The position numbers were made by a program, and so were the translations under genes. From the NCBI GenBank assembly GCA_964270895.1, contig OZ185443.1: a stretch of DNA of 64,000 bases. One strand, written 5' to 3'. Numbering within the stretch: position 1 is the first letter of the stretch; each line of letters starts with the position of its first letter. Under the pieces are notes generated by a model. It made no database searches. It had not been told where the DNA came from and saw only the letters and a program-made list of their open reading frames with translations. This stretch comes from Podarcis filfolensis. Its lineage: Eukaryota. This document shows, piece by piece, positions 13,545 through 24,539 of the stretch.

Positions 13545-13715
13545 CTGGGAAAGCTGATTTCAGGCCACTGGTCTGCTTAAGTCTACACTTACTGTAAGTC
13601 TACACCTACTAACACCACCTCTCCAGGATTTCAGACATGGATCTCTCCAAGATCTACCTGGAGATGATGGGATTAAACCTGGAACATTCTGGGGGTAAAG
13701 CAGATGTTCTACTAC
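13545..13715 (-). mobile_element. Degenerate tRNA-derived SINE (Squam2-like)
   Basis: Reverse complement resembles the copies at 48204 and 63798; boundaries approximate. Confidence 0.5.
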
Positions 13716-13974
13716 CAAGCGACATCTGTTCCCCGACAAAAAAGTCAGTAAGCCCACTGGACAGGCATATGGTTTATTACCAAAATGTAAATGGCACCCT
13801 TCATTACAAAGTAACCACATGGCGGCTACAACATGATATCTGGAAACGTAAATACAAACAAATCAGACCAAACACTTCTAGCAAAACTAAAATAGGGTAT
13901 AAAACATTTACATATAAACAGCGCAGCAGAGCAAACAGATTAAGGCACTGGTTAAAATCAGAATGACTTAAGTG

Positions 13975-14209
13975 CAGTTTACCTTGAAAGTCGAATGGAA
14001 TCCATTCCTTCCAAAACGTTTGAAAACCAAATCGTGGCTTCTGATTGGCTGCAGGAAGCTCCTGCAGCCAATCAGAAGCCGCGGAAGCCTCATCGGACGT
14101 TTGGGTTCCAAAAGAACATTCGCAAACTGGAACAATCATTTCCAGGTTTGCGGCATTTGAGAGGCAAAACGTCCGAGTTCCAGGGTGCTTGGGATCCAAG
14201 ATACGACTG
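13975..14209. mobile_element. Tigger-like MITE (second family) with a central perfect hairpin
   Basis: Ends cagtttaccttg...caagatacgactg, imperfect TG/TG flanks (decayed TA); central 20-bp stem at 14037-14079. Confidence 0.8.
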
Positions 14210-14229
14210 TGTCTCCAAATGCCTGAAGA

Positions 14230-14650
14230 AGCAGGTATTTTTTAGCCAAGCATTGGAAGCTTAGTTATGTAGCCATCTGTACCTCCAACAAGATCTGTGC
14301 AGATGGAATAAAGAAGTAGAGCTTGCTGCCTGTATATTGAGGACACCAAGCCCTAAACCCCTGATAACCACGCCCAAAGTCTTCATGTAGATGTTAAATA
14401 GCATTGGAGAATTAATGGAAGTGAGGGAAGTCACAACACAACTTTTTAAGGGGAAACACAGGATTCTGCACTCTCTAGAAACAGCCCTGCAGGTAGCAAC
14501 AAAACCCTTGTATCACGACATCTCCATCTCCCAGTCCCAAAATGGATGAGATTATCAAGGAAGATCACTAGGGTCACAGTTTCCCTTTCTCTCAATATAG
14601 ATCATCCACCAGAGAAGACTAAAGCCATCCCAGCTCTTTGGAACTGGGTC
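14230..14650 (-). mobile_element. Degenerate L2 RT fragment
   Basis: catgtagatgttaaatagcattggaga reads SPMLFNIYM on the minus strand, a LINE RT motif. Confidence 0.6.
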
Positions 14651-16552
14651 TAGATGGGGGGGGGGGGATATTGAAGGAGTAATATTCCTGAAAAGCTTGT
14701 CAGTATAGATGTCGAAGAATGTTCCCTGCCCACAGTACGTTCCATCACTGTCACTTGCATTTCCTCTTCGGTTAATTGAGTTGGCCTCTGGGCATCCTCT
14801 CTGAAGGATTCATGCTCACTGATCAAGCTTGCCTTTAAATTTCCAGGAAATGAAGCTAGATGCAAATGAACGTAGCAAATTCCATAAATAAATAGAACAA
14901 ATTGTGTGATTGCCAACCTTCTTGTTCTACATTTCCGATACAGATAAATGCCCCAAGGATGATTTAGCTTGTACCTTTACAAATGTAAAAACATCTCTTC
15001 CCTGCTGCCTGCCTCCCCATCTTCCCCATGTTTGCAAAAATAAGTAAGAATTTTCTGGTGGAGGGAGATGTTATTTTGCTCTGGATGGAACTTTTTTTAA
15101 GCCCTGACCTTGGTGCCCCCCAAAGCAGCAAGAAAGATCCTTGTACATAATAGCACTGCTCTGAGTTTTCATGAGATCGAATTATTGCTACAAATAAAGT
15201 ATTGGAAGAAGGCAGAAAAAATATTTACCAAACCTTACTGCCTTCCACTTGCTCATCTGTTGCCAGGTTGATTGCAGGTGCTTAGACATTTTTAACTTGG
15301 AAGGGTATTTTCCCTATATGATCTCAGCCAATGAGAAATTTTGTGTAGACCAGGGATGGGAAGGTGTGGCCCTACAATTTTGTTGGACAGCAACTTATGT
15401 CAACCCTAATCAATGACCATGCTGGGTGGGAGAAACATGATTTGTCCCAGCAGGGGCAGATGAAGGTGTCCGATTGGAGGAAATGGATAAAAATGTAAAA
15501 TAATAATAATCTGGAAGACTACTGATGAGTTAGCATGTGATGAGGTGCCCACAGTTGTAGTTGGATCAGATCCTTGATACTTTAACCCTCCTGCACAACT
15601 GTCAAATACTGTGATAACTGAATGTTGCTTAGATTAAATTTATAAATGCACACTGTAAGACAGATTATTTTTTAAAACAACAACTCAACTTTTGTGTTTC
15701 CCTGATGGCCTGTTAGCCTATTTTTATACTCAATAAACATGAATGGGTGGGCTGGGGTTTGTGGTTTAATCACGTAACAGTTATTTACTCTCCTTCCTCC
15801 TTTGCAAGCTTCAGAGAATCAGGGACTTGGGAAGAGATCCCATCAGCCAATTAGTGCTGCAGAAATTACGAACACTAAGCATTCTTGTTTGTGCTAAAAC
15901 ATATGCCCTTTGTCCATTATAGAGATGCATCAGATGACTGATTCTAGCATCAAGTCCTGGCAATGAGGGTGTTGTTGTTGTTGTTGCTTCCCCAAAGGGA
16001 GTGAAAAGCATTTGAGATGGTGTTTTTCAGTGCGCCAGTTGGTTTCCTTGCTGAACGCTTCTGCCAAGGGTTATGAAGCATAAAACCACACCATTGTTTG
16101 GAAGAAAACTGCCACAGTGTCTGTGCAGTGTTTTGCTCCATTTCCTTAAAGACTGCCCCCACCCTACAAGGACGAAGTATATTGTACCCCTCTGTTTTCT
16201 AACTTTAAAAGCTTGTATCCCAGGTTGATTCACTGAATTGTGTTTCAGAGCATAGTTGGCTTATGCGTGAGTGTATGCATAGAATGACTATCCTCTGCCT
16301 TGTGCCTTAAGAATTAATAACTCTATTCCGTTTAAATGAAATGAGACTGAAGAGTGTTTTGCTGAAGTTCAGCATCAGTTTTGTTGTTTTCGTGAATTTT
16401 TTTTGACAAGACTGAAACTCAGTACACAGGAATCTTGTCTCTTTCCTCCATCCAACATATTTGACAGTTTAGCAACCTAGTGCAATACTGCCATCTTATG
16501 GTTTGGAAAGTAGAATGGTCTCTCGGACAAATTGTGTCTGCATACTCACACT

Positions 16553-16584
<32 letters not shown>

Positions 16585-17849
16585 GTGAAAGAGGGAGATT
16601 TGAGGAGGTTAAAAATCACTAGCAGTTATTTCAGTTTCATGGTGCCACTCTTAACATAGCTTTCATTATGTTCCACATATTTGTGCAATGCACAAGAGTG
16701 TGCAACTAATTGCTTTGTGCTTGTCTTTTCCAATTAATCACTGCTGAAACAATAAGGAGAAGAATCTTAGGCAATACAAAGAATTGCAATTCGGTCTATC
16801 GTCTCCTGTGGTGGTTTTGTGTTTTGAACAGTAAGCACGAGTCTCTTAGTACAAAAATCCGTTGAACAGAATGTTTGTTGGCTTTCTTCCAAGTCAAATA
16901 AAGCCGCCTGCAAAATCTTCTCTCCGCTTTCTGTGCCGAGACAATAAAGCTCAGCCCTGTTTAAGGGTTTGAGAGTAATTCTGCATGTGCGAGTTGTTTC
17001 CTAGTGCTTTGTAAATTTCTGTATTTGGGATTGGGATTGCTTCATTTTTAACAGTAGTTGGTGACATTCTTGTCGGTAGGGCACCCTTTCTGCAATGGCA
17101 TAACAAATCAAACTCCACTTATCACATGAATCATTGTTAAAGTCAGCAGTAATCCAGTGTGTAAAATCTACCCGTAAAAGCTGGGAGGAGGGAGTGAGGA
17201 TCAAACCTGGAACACATTAAATTAGTTCCAGTATGTCCAGGGCAAGGCTCTGCATTGCTTGCTTAAGCAGGCAAAGCGGAAACAGGCAGTTTATAACAAG
17301 CAGTCTGGTTCAAGAACAGTGGGGTTCATTTGAAAAAGATTTATATCCCTCACTTACATAAACATTACAAATGCAGGCTGCAAGTAGGGAGGCAAATCTT
17401 TATCGAAATCTTTCTTAAGAACTTTTTCATTGTGAATAAAACGGACAGCATGTACTCTTGTTTGAAGATTCGCCAGTATTTGCACAATAATGTTTTTGGT
17501 GTTCTTGGCTAATTAAAACACTTTTCTTGTCTTCTTTATAGCAGACCACCTACCATTAATTTTCTTTTTTTGTTGAAAGCATTAGAATTTGACAGGAGCA
17601 GAGAAGCAGAGAACAGGCAGCAGTTCTTCCTTGCTTTGATTGCTATACAGAAATTTCATTTTCAGTTTTAAGGGGGAAATAACTGTGGGGTCTTTGTCTG
17701 TCTATCCGTCTGTCTGTCTCTCTCACCCACTCATACACACACACATATCTACCTAGTGAGCAAAATGTGGTAGATTTGTTTACTGTGACGTGACATTTTT
17801 AAAAACCCTAATAACTTGGGCTGTAAAATGTTAGGAGCCCATGTGTCTT

Positions 17850-18000
17850 CGGTTTTAATGCCACTTTCACTGTTATGGGCACAGCCAAGTCACTGTCCTG
17901 CAGCTTCCCATCTGTAATAAGGGGAAAACACTACCTACCACTTACCACATGTTTGTAAGAATTACTGGGAGAATTCTTGTGAACATTTTTAACGTACCAC
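17850..18000 (+). mobile_element. Old CORE/MIR-like SINE remnant
   Basis: caagtcact...cttcccatctgtaataagggga...cttaccacatgtttgtaagaatta pattern. Confidence 0.45.
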
Positions 18001-18149
18001 AATAGCAGAGATCCTGCTAGGAGGCTTCTCCTTAAGGTAACAAATCCATGCATCAGTTATGCACCCGTTCTGTAACAACGCACAAAGCATCGGAACAGAA
18101 TGGTAGACCAGAGAGATGTCCGGTTATTGCTTTGCCAGGATCTCTGAAG

Positions 18150-18680
18150 CAGGGACTTCTCCTTCATGTAAGGACAGGCTCTGGCAGATTGAGCAGATGA
18201 GACCAATCGTGGGGCCCTGCGGTCAAGAAGGTGGTTTCTGCATGTTCTGTAGGGGGGAGGGAGGGGTAGATGGGGTTTGTCAAGCTGGGAAGATAGTCCA
18301 TCTAGGAGAAGGAAAGCTCTGATCCTAAATCTCTGCTTCCTTGCGGGATGTCTCCAGGAAGAGAAAAGGCTAAGGAGTAAACCCTACACATATCCAGAGT
18401 GGAGTCCCTAAGGCAGTTTGATGGTACTTCGTGTGCCTCCTTCTAACAACTACTGCAGCCAAGCTGGTGCCAAATGTATTGCTCTGCTTTTCTTTGCAAC
18501 ATACAGTGATCCCAAGAGTGGGGTCTTGTTGTCTGAGCAGCCTAGGACCTCCATACACACTGCCCAGGCTTGTGCCCTGGGGAGGCCACTTTGGTGCCCC
18601 TAACATGTGGTTAGACTTCGCCCCCAGAGACACACTCCATTGTTTCTCGAGACAGACGGGTGCCAACAGCAACAACAACA
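18150..18680 (+). mobile_element. Non-coding retroelement ending in an RTE-type 3' tail (probable bipartite non-autonomous RTE derivative)
   Basis: Tail ctccattgtttctcgagacagacgggtgccaac(aac)n is shared with the RTE 3' end at ~27200-27243 and the inverted copy at 32007; no ORF; 5' boundary approximate. Confidence 0.65.
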
Positions 18681-19902
18681 GGGTACTTCAGGACACTTCT
18701 TCTAGATATAATAAGGAGAAAGGGGCAGTATTTCCTACTATAGAAGCCCACATTCATGATACCTATTTACTTTGCACCTCTACTGTGAACAGTATTTGAA
18801 AAAGTTGTTTACAGCAAGGTCAAAGGACATATAACACGTACCCTTTCAACACAGTGAGGTTTTTATCTTTCAAAATATCATAAAACTTTAAAATCTAATA
18901 AAACTTACTAGCATTAACTGAAATTCCTCAGCAGGGGTGGTTAGTCCTATTAAGGCCCAAGGCCATGGACCACTGTTTGGCTGAAGCACAGTTGGATTAG
19001 TTGAGGATGGTGCCACTCTGATCTGCTATTTTGGGCCTTCTTACATCACAGCTGATCCTTCCAAGTGATCTCTCTGAAGCACAGGTCATTTGCATGTCCT
19101 CAGTCTTTCTCATGGTTAGTTCATGGTTAGTTTATGGTCTGGTTCACAGGATCAGTTCCTGATTTAATAAACCCGGACATGCACAACCTGCCCGTTGGTG
19201 GCTGGAGCTCTTTTGAGAGTGCTTCATTCTTCCCTTTTCAGGAGCAGCTGAACAAGCTGGGATTCAGCTCTTAACCATCGTTTCCTGTTACCTGTGAACC
19301 CAGAAACTGTGGTTAGTGGCTTACAAGTCAGGATGTTAAGCCAACTTTAAATCGTGGAACTGGATCAGAAGAAGTGAAATATTTTACTGCTGTTATTATC
19401 ATTCGTGCGTAGTTCTGATATTTAATGTGGCTTTAAACCTTTTTTCAGTGTTGTAAAGCACTGTGGGAAGATGGTATGTTTTGAACTGCAACGTATATAT
19501 TTATTAAATACACATTAAAAAGTCACTAACCATGATTTACAGGTTTGCACATTCTTAGGAAGTTAGGGTTAAAAGCTGAATCCTCACTTATTTGTGTGAA
19601 GGGAAAAGGAAAAGCAGAAAAGAAGCTATATTTGAGTGCATACTACTCGTTCATACTGATCACCCATTGCTATTACTAAGGCTTTCGTGGTGGCTGAGGT
19701 TTGCAGTTTGAACTTGGTCATCGATAACAGCTTCTTGGTTGAGAGTGCAGATGAGTAGACTTAAAAGCTCCAACTTTTGCAGATATTCATGCTACAAAAT
19801 CCAGGCTTCTTGTAAACCTTCTTAGGAGCGCTTTAAAGAAAAACAATGGCCAGCTTCTATTCCTGCTGACCCTACACTAAGCCAATCAATTGCAACAAAA
19901 TA

Positions 19903-20128
19903 CAGTGGTACCTCAGGTTAAGTACTTAATTCGTTCCAGAGGTCCGTTCTTAACCTGAAGCTGTTCTTAACCTGAAGCACCACTTTAGCTAATGGGACCT
20001 CCTGCTGCCGCCACACCACCGGAGCCCAATTTCTGTTCTCATCCTGAAGCAAAGTTCTTAACCCGAGGTACTATTTCTGGGTTAGCGGAGTCTGTAACCT
20101 GAAGCGTATGTAACCCAAGGTACCACTG
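19903..20128. mobile_element. Tigger-like MITE
   Basis: ta|CAGTGGTACCTCAGGTTA...CCAAGGTACCACTG|ta. Confidence 0.92.
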
Positions 20129-21328
20129 TACCCATAACTTTATGTTTGGTTAATTTGCAAATATGCTATAGTCACAAATATAACGACATGCTGCCCAGAA
20201 AAGCAACTTGGTGAATTCCACGTGTCTGTGAGAGTTTGGAAGATTTGGCATCTGGCAATTATAGGTATTTAATTTGTTATTAGGGGAGGGTCACTTGTTT
20301 TTAAGCCTTCCATTTATGGTGTAATAAAGTCAACAACAGAATCTTGACAGGTTCCACTGAGAAGAAACCAGAACAATCAAGAAGCTTAAAGTTTAACGGA
20401 GGCAGGAAATTGCCACTCAGAAAGGGGAAGGAGGATGGGAAGGAGCATTGAGCAAAGAAAAGAAATGGGAAAGAGCTTTTGTTGCACTGATTCCTACAAA
20501 GTAGCTGGACAGTACTGGATAGTGCAGTCTAATCCGATGGAGGTCTTGTTGTCTCTACTTAACTGGTGGTTATTTGGATCTGTTTTAAGAGGAAGAAAAT
20601 ACATATATGTATAAGTGTCATAAATCAAGCTTAGTTTAGAAGTAACGGGTTAATGTTGTTCACTAAAACCTGTTTTCAAAACAGGGATTAGAAAATGAAA
20701 CCAACTTCACTTTTTAACTTTTCCCGGTTGTTCCCCCCTGTTGCCTATTGAATACATGAAAAACCTGCCCTGTAAAGGACTTGAGGGGATCATCTGCTTC
20801 TGCCTAGCTTGTGTCTTCCTTTTCTGCCAACATGTATGCTACTAGTATGATACTGCAATAGAGTGTTCAGTTTCAGGGACATGTGGGTTGACTTTTACGG
20901 GTACTACCATCAGTGCCTTCCATCCTCGACTTTCTCAGAGATTGCTTGATTCATTTTCCAACCCCAATTATGCTCAAAGTGTCATTTGGTCGTAAGGAAA
21001 ATTCCAGTAACAAAGCATGTCCGGTCACCTTCAACAGGTGGATAAGTCCCATCCTAGAATTTCGAGTCCTGAAACAGCTCCTAAATTTTGGCATAATACT
21101 AACAGTTCCCATAGATATGTCAGTGATTTGCCAGTAGATTATACAAATAATTTGTCTTCATGAAAATTAGCAGAAAAGGGGGAGAATTCTGAAATAAAGA
21201 GTTAGGCAAGGAGGATGTTCTTATTTGTTCCAGATATAGGCTGGACAACTTATTGAGAGCAAATTTATTTGTCATACAACTGTCCAGGGCCTGGAATGTT
21301 TGTTACGGCACAATCCAACTGCTTCATA

Positions 21329-21664
21329 GGTAAAGGTAAAGGGACCCCTGACCATTAGGTCCAGTCGTGACCAACTCTGGGGTTGCGGCGCTCATCTCGC
21401 TTTATTGGCTGAGGGAGCCGGCATACAGCTTCCGGGTCATGTGGCCAGAATGACTAAGCCGCTTCTGGCGAACCAGAGCAGCACATGGAAATGCCGTTTA
21501 CCTTCCCGCCGGAGCGGTACCTATTTATCTACTTGCACTTTGACGTGCTTTCAAACTGCTAGGTTGGCAGGAGCAGGGACCGAGCAACGGGAGCTCACCC
21601 CATTGCGGGGATTCAAACCTCCGACCTTCTGATCGGCAAGTCCTAGGCTCTGTGGTTTAACCCA
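21329..21664 (-). mobile_element. Sauria SINE, 5'-truncated
   Basis: Sauria body with (ACCTTT)n tail on the minus strand; 13-bp TSD CAACTGCTTCATA at 21316-21328 and 21665-21677. Confidence 0.95.
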
Positions 21665-23392
21665 CAACTGCTTCATACTCTATAATAATGTTGGTGTCAG
21701 AGTTATAAAACATGTGTGTTCAGGTATTGGTAGGCATTACAAACAAACCCTCCAGATACATGCGAAGTTTAAGTGTGAATACTTTCTGTCTGACATTTCA
21801 AAATTGTTCACCCCACCCTACCCCCAATAAAAGTCAGAATGGTGGCACAGTTTTTACCACAGTTTTGAAAACTAGTAGGCCCAATGAGAGCCAGAAATTT
21901 ATTGTGCATGTGCAAGTTCATAGCAGATTTGATCAAGGGAAGGATACCTTCTGTATGAACTCTGTGTTTGTCTAATAATATAAGGTTCTACACAAGTATA
22001 AAGTTTTGGGCTTTTAAAAAATGATTATGGCATTGATTTTCCCTCAGTTCTTTAATAGATGACATTAGATTTATGTGTAACATCTTGCAAAATAAAACTG
22101 TTTTCTTACTTTGGGAAATACATTTTTTTTCCTTATTCCCTCCAACCTGCCAAAACCCAAACTGGAGCAGTCAGCAAACTGACGTCACCGCTTTTTCTTC
22201 AGGGATAGTAGATTATTTCTTAGTTCCAGTTTAATACAAAACAGACTAGCAAGAAGAGAGAAGAAGAGGAACCCCTCTCCTTTCATGCTTGCCTTTGTAT
22301 CGTGCTAAAATAACCAAGTGACAATAAGTAAAGAAAGGTGGTAGAGAGTCATTTTGGCTGGACCCACCTGGACTAGTGTGACTGTTTTTATGGGGGTTTT
22401 CAGAAGCACAGAATTGACCCTCGTTTTATTATTTTTACTAGACCCCTTGATGATAGACAAACAAGGCTAACCTGAGGCCAACATAACCAGCAGGAAATTT
22501 GGGTCACGGGTAGTTACATTTTTAAAACTTGTTGGTTTTTTCAGGGCTGTTCAATCAGTGTAATTGATTGATTTGTAACATCAGAGAGAGCTCCTAAATC
22601 ATTTAGAGGTGCTGGTTAATGACAAGCTGCTATAGGATTTTGTTTGAGGCAAATTTCCAAGCTCTGTGGTGTTTGGATGAAGTCTGAAGAAGCTGGCTTG
22701 TTGCCTGTTTTCATATGTATCACTGTCCAGTTGTAATATAAAGCACCATCTTTAGACATGTCAGGTATATAATTATATAATTCTTATATCAGTAGGAACA
22801 ACAATGCAAAACAAGAGAGAGTCAGGCGGCAGACTGGTGCTGGGAAGTAGTAATTTGTTTTATGCAGAGTTCCCCACTGCTTTTGAACATTGTCTTTCCT
22901 CAGGGTCTTCATGTGTTTATTCTCATGCATAAAAAGTCAACTCTGCCAAAGAAAAAATTCTGGCGGTTTTTGACCTATGAGATTAATACCGCAATCCTGT
23001 ACACCCTTACCTCTTGCTGAACTCAGTGAGACTAACTTTTGAGTAGACGTGCAAAGGATTGTGCTGTAAGGCACATGAAAACTCTGATCTATATGGTTAA
23101 AAGGTTTTCTACACTCTTCATAAAATTATTTTCCACTGCCAGCCTGACGCCTGCCTCTTCCAGTTATTTTTCTAAATGAAACAGAAATTGTATGCTGATA
23201 TACATTATCATTATTTAATTTGTAATCTGTTCTACCTTTTATGCTTATGGCAGGCTGCACACTAGTTTTCAAAAGGCTCAAGTAGTCAATGAAATAAAAT
23301 ATTTTTTTAGAATGTGTGGCTTATCTATTTTATTTTTTAAAAAAACGTTGGGTCCAGAATCAGTGACCACTATGTACTGAAACAATTTCCTG

Positions 23393-23749
23393 CAGACCCA
23401 CCAAGTGTCCCTATTTTCCAAGGACAGTCCCGGATTTACATAAACTGCCCTGGTTTCTTATTTTATCCTAGAATGTCCCACTTTTCCTTAGGACATCCCT
23501 ATTTTCATCAGAGAACTGTTGGAGGGTATGGAGCTATACAACCCCCGAGCCAAGGAGATGAGTAACTATACAGCCTTTAGAAGACATCTGAAGGCAGCCC
23601 TGTTTAAAGGGAAGCTTTTTTAAATGTTTAATGTTTTATTATGAACCTAGAGTGGCTGAGGCCACCCAATCAGATGGGCCGGGTAATAATAATAATAATA
23701 ATAATAATAGGGTGAACCTATTTCCATCAGAGAAACTTTGGAGGGTATG
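23393..23749 (+). mobile_element. Composite non-autonomous DNA transposon with L2 cargo, copy 2
   Basis: CAGACCC...TTGGAGGGTATG; internal end at 23530; perfect 6-bp TSD TTCCTG (23387-92, 23750-55). Confidence 0.88.
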
Positions 23750-23999
23750 TTCCTGTGCCCCAAGAAAGTCTGTCACTTTCATAAAATCCCACACTGAAAC
23801 AGATCCAGGCAACTATAAAGTCACTTTGAGGGGAAGGGCAATAACTCATTGTAAACATCAGGGAGAAATTTAATTCACTTCTCATTTAAAGACGAACCTA
23901 CCTAAGCTGTACTCTGTGAAACAATATGTGAACCACAATGCAGCCATCCTTCAAATTCTTACAGTGTGGTTGTTTCCCCCACCGCCTTTCTATTTGCAG

Positions 24000-24249
24000 A
24001 ATATTGGGGAGTCAACATTACCTACTGTACTGAACCAATTGTTGCCTATCATCAAGTCTCATAAGAACAGGACAGATGATGATTATACCCCCGAAGACTT
24101 CCTTGTACTGCTGGTGTATATTTACTCCATAGTTGGGGAACTCAAAACTGGAAAAGAATTGGATGAAGCTGAAAGAGAAGTGAAAGAGGCTCTCGTCCAG
24201 TCTATCTGTGACGAGCCTGAACTGCCTTTCCTATTGCAGAAAATAACAG
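24000..24249 (+). CDS. SCFD2: SCFD2 internal coding exon (probable exon 5; phase 0 to phase 1; 250 nt)
   Basis: Encodes NIGESTLPTVLNQLLPII...EVKEALVQSICDEPELPFLLQKIT, the direct in-frame continuation of the previous exon in SCFD2. Pyrimidine tract plus ttgcag acceptor ends at 23999; donor CAG|GTAAGT with GT at 24250. Confidence 0.96.
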
Positions 24250-24457
24250 GTAAGTGTAGATTCCCTTCCTCGTTCAAGGAACAGGCCTGTTTGGACACTG
24301 TTTAAGCTATAGACTTCCATCAATTAAGAATAGATTAATTATTCTGAGGCTTTCAGGGTTCTGCTAATACCTGCTGCTTGCTTTAACTATTTATTTATAA
24401 AATATATTGCACACACATTTATTGAAGAGAATGAAATCCTATCCTAGCAAATTAAGT

Positions 24458-24539
24458 GCAATTCTATATGCATCTGTTGAGAAGTAAGCCTCATTGAGTT
24501 CCATGGGACTTACTGCTAGGTAATTGCATGTAGAATTGC
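24458..24539. repeat. Best-preserved member of a dispersed ~85-bp imperfect palindrome family
   Basis: Arms GCAATTCTA/TAGAATTGC, ATGCA/TGCAT and AGTAAG/CTTACT; at least 10 related copies in the window. Confidence 0.75.

Larger units (their letters stand above)
7170..23999 (+). other. SCFD2: SCFD2 intron (GT-AG, 16,830 nt)
   Basis: Lies between two phase-compatible SCFD2 exons; no further SCFD2-like peptide seen inside. Confidence 0.9.

Noticed and set aside
22180-22187. Perfect CRE site TGACGTCA
   Set aside because: A single 8-mer with no promoter context; compatible with chance.
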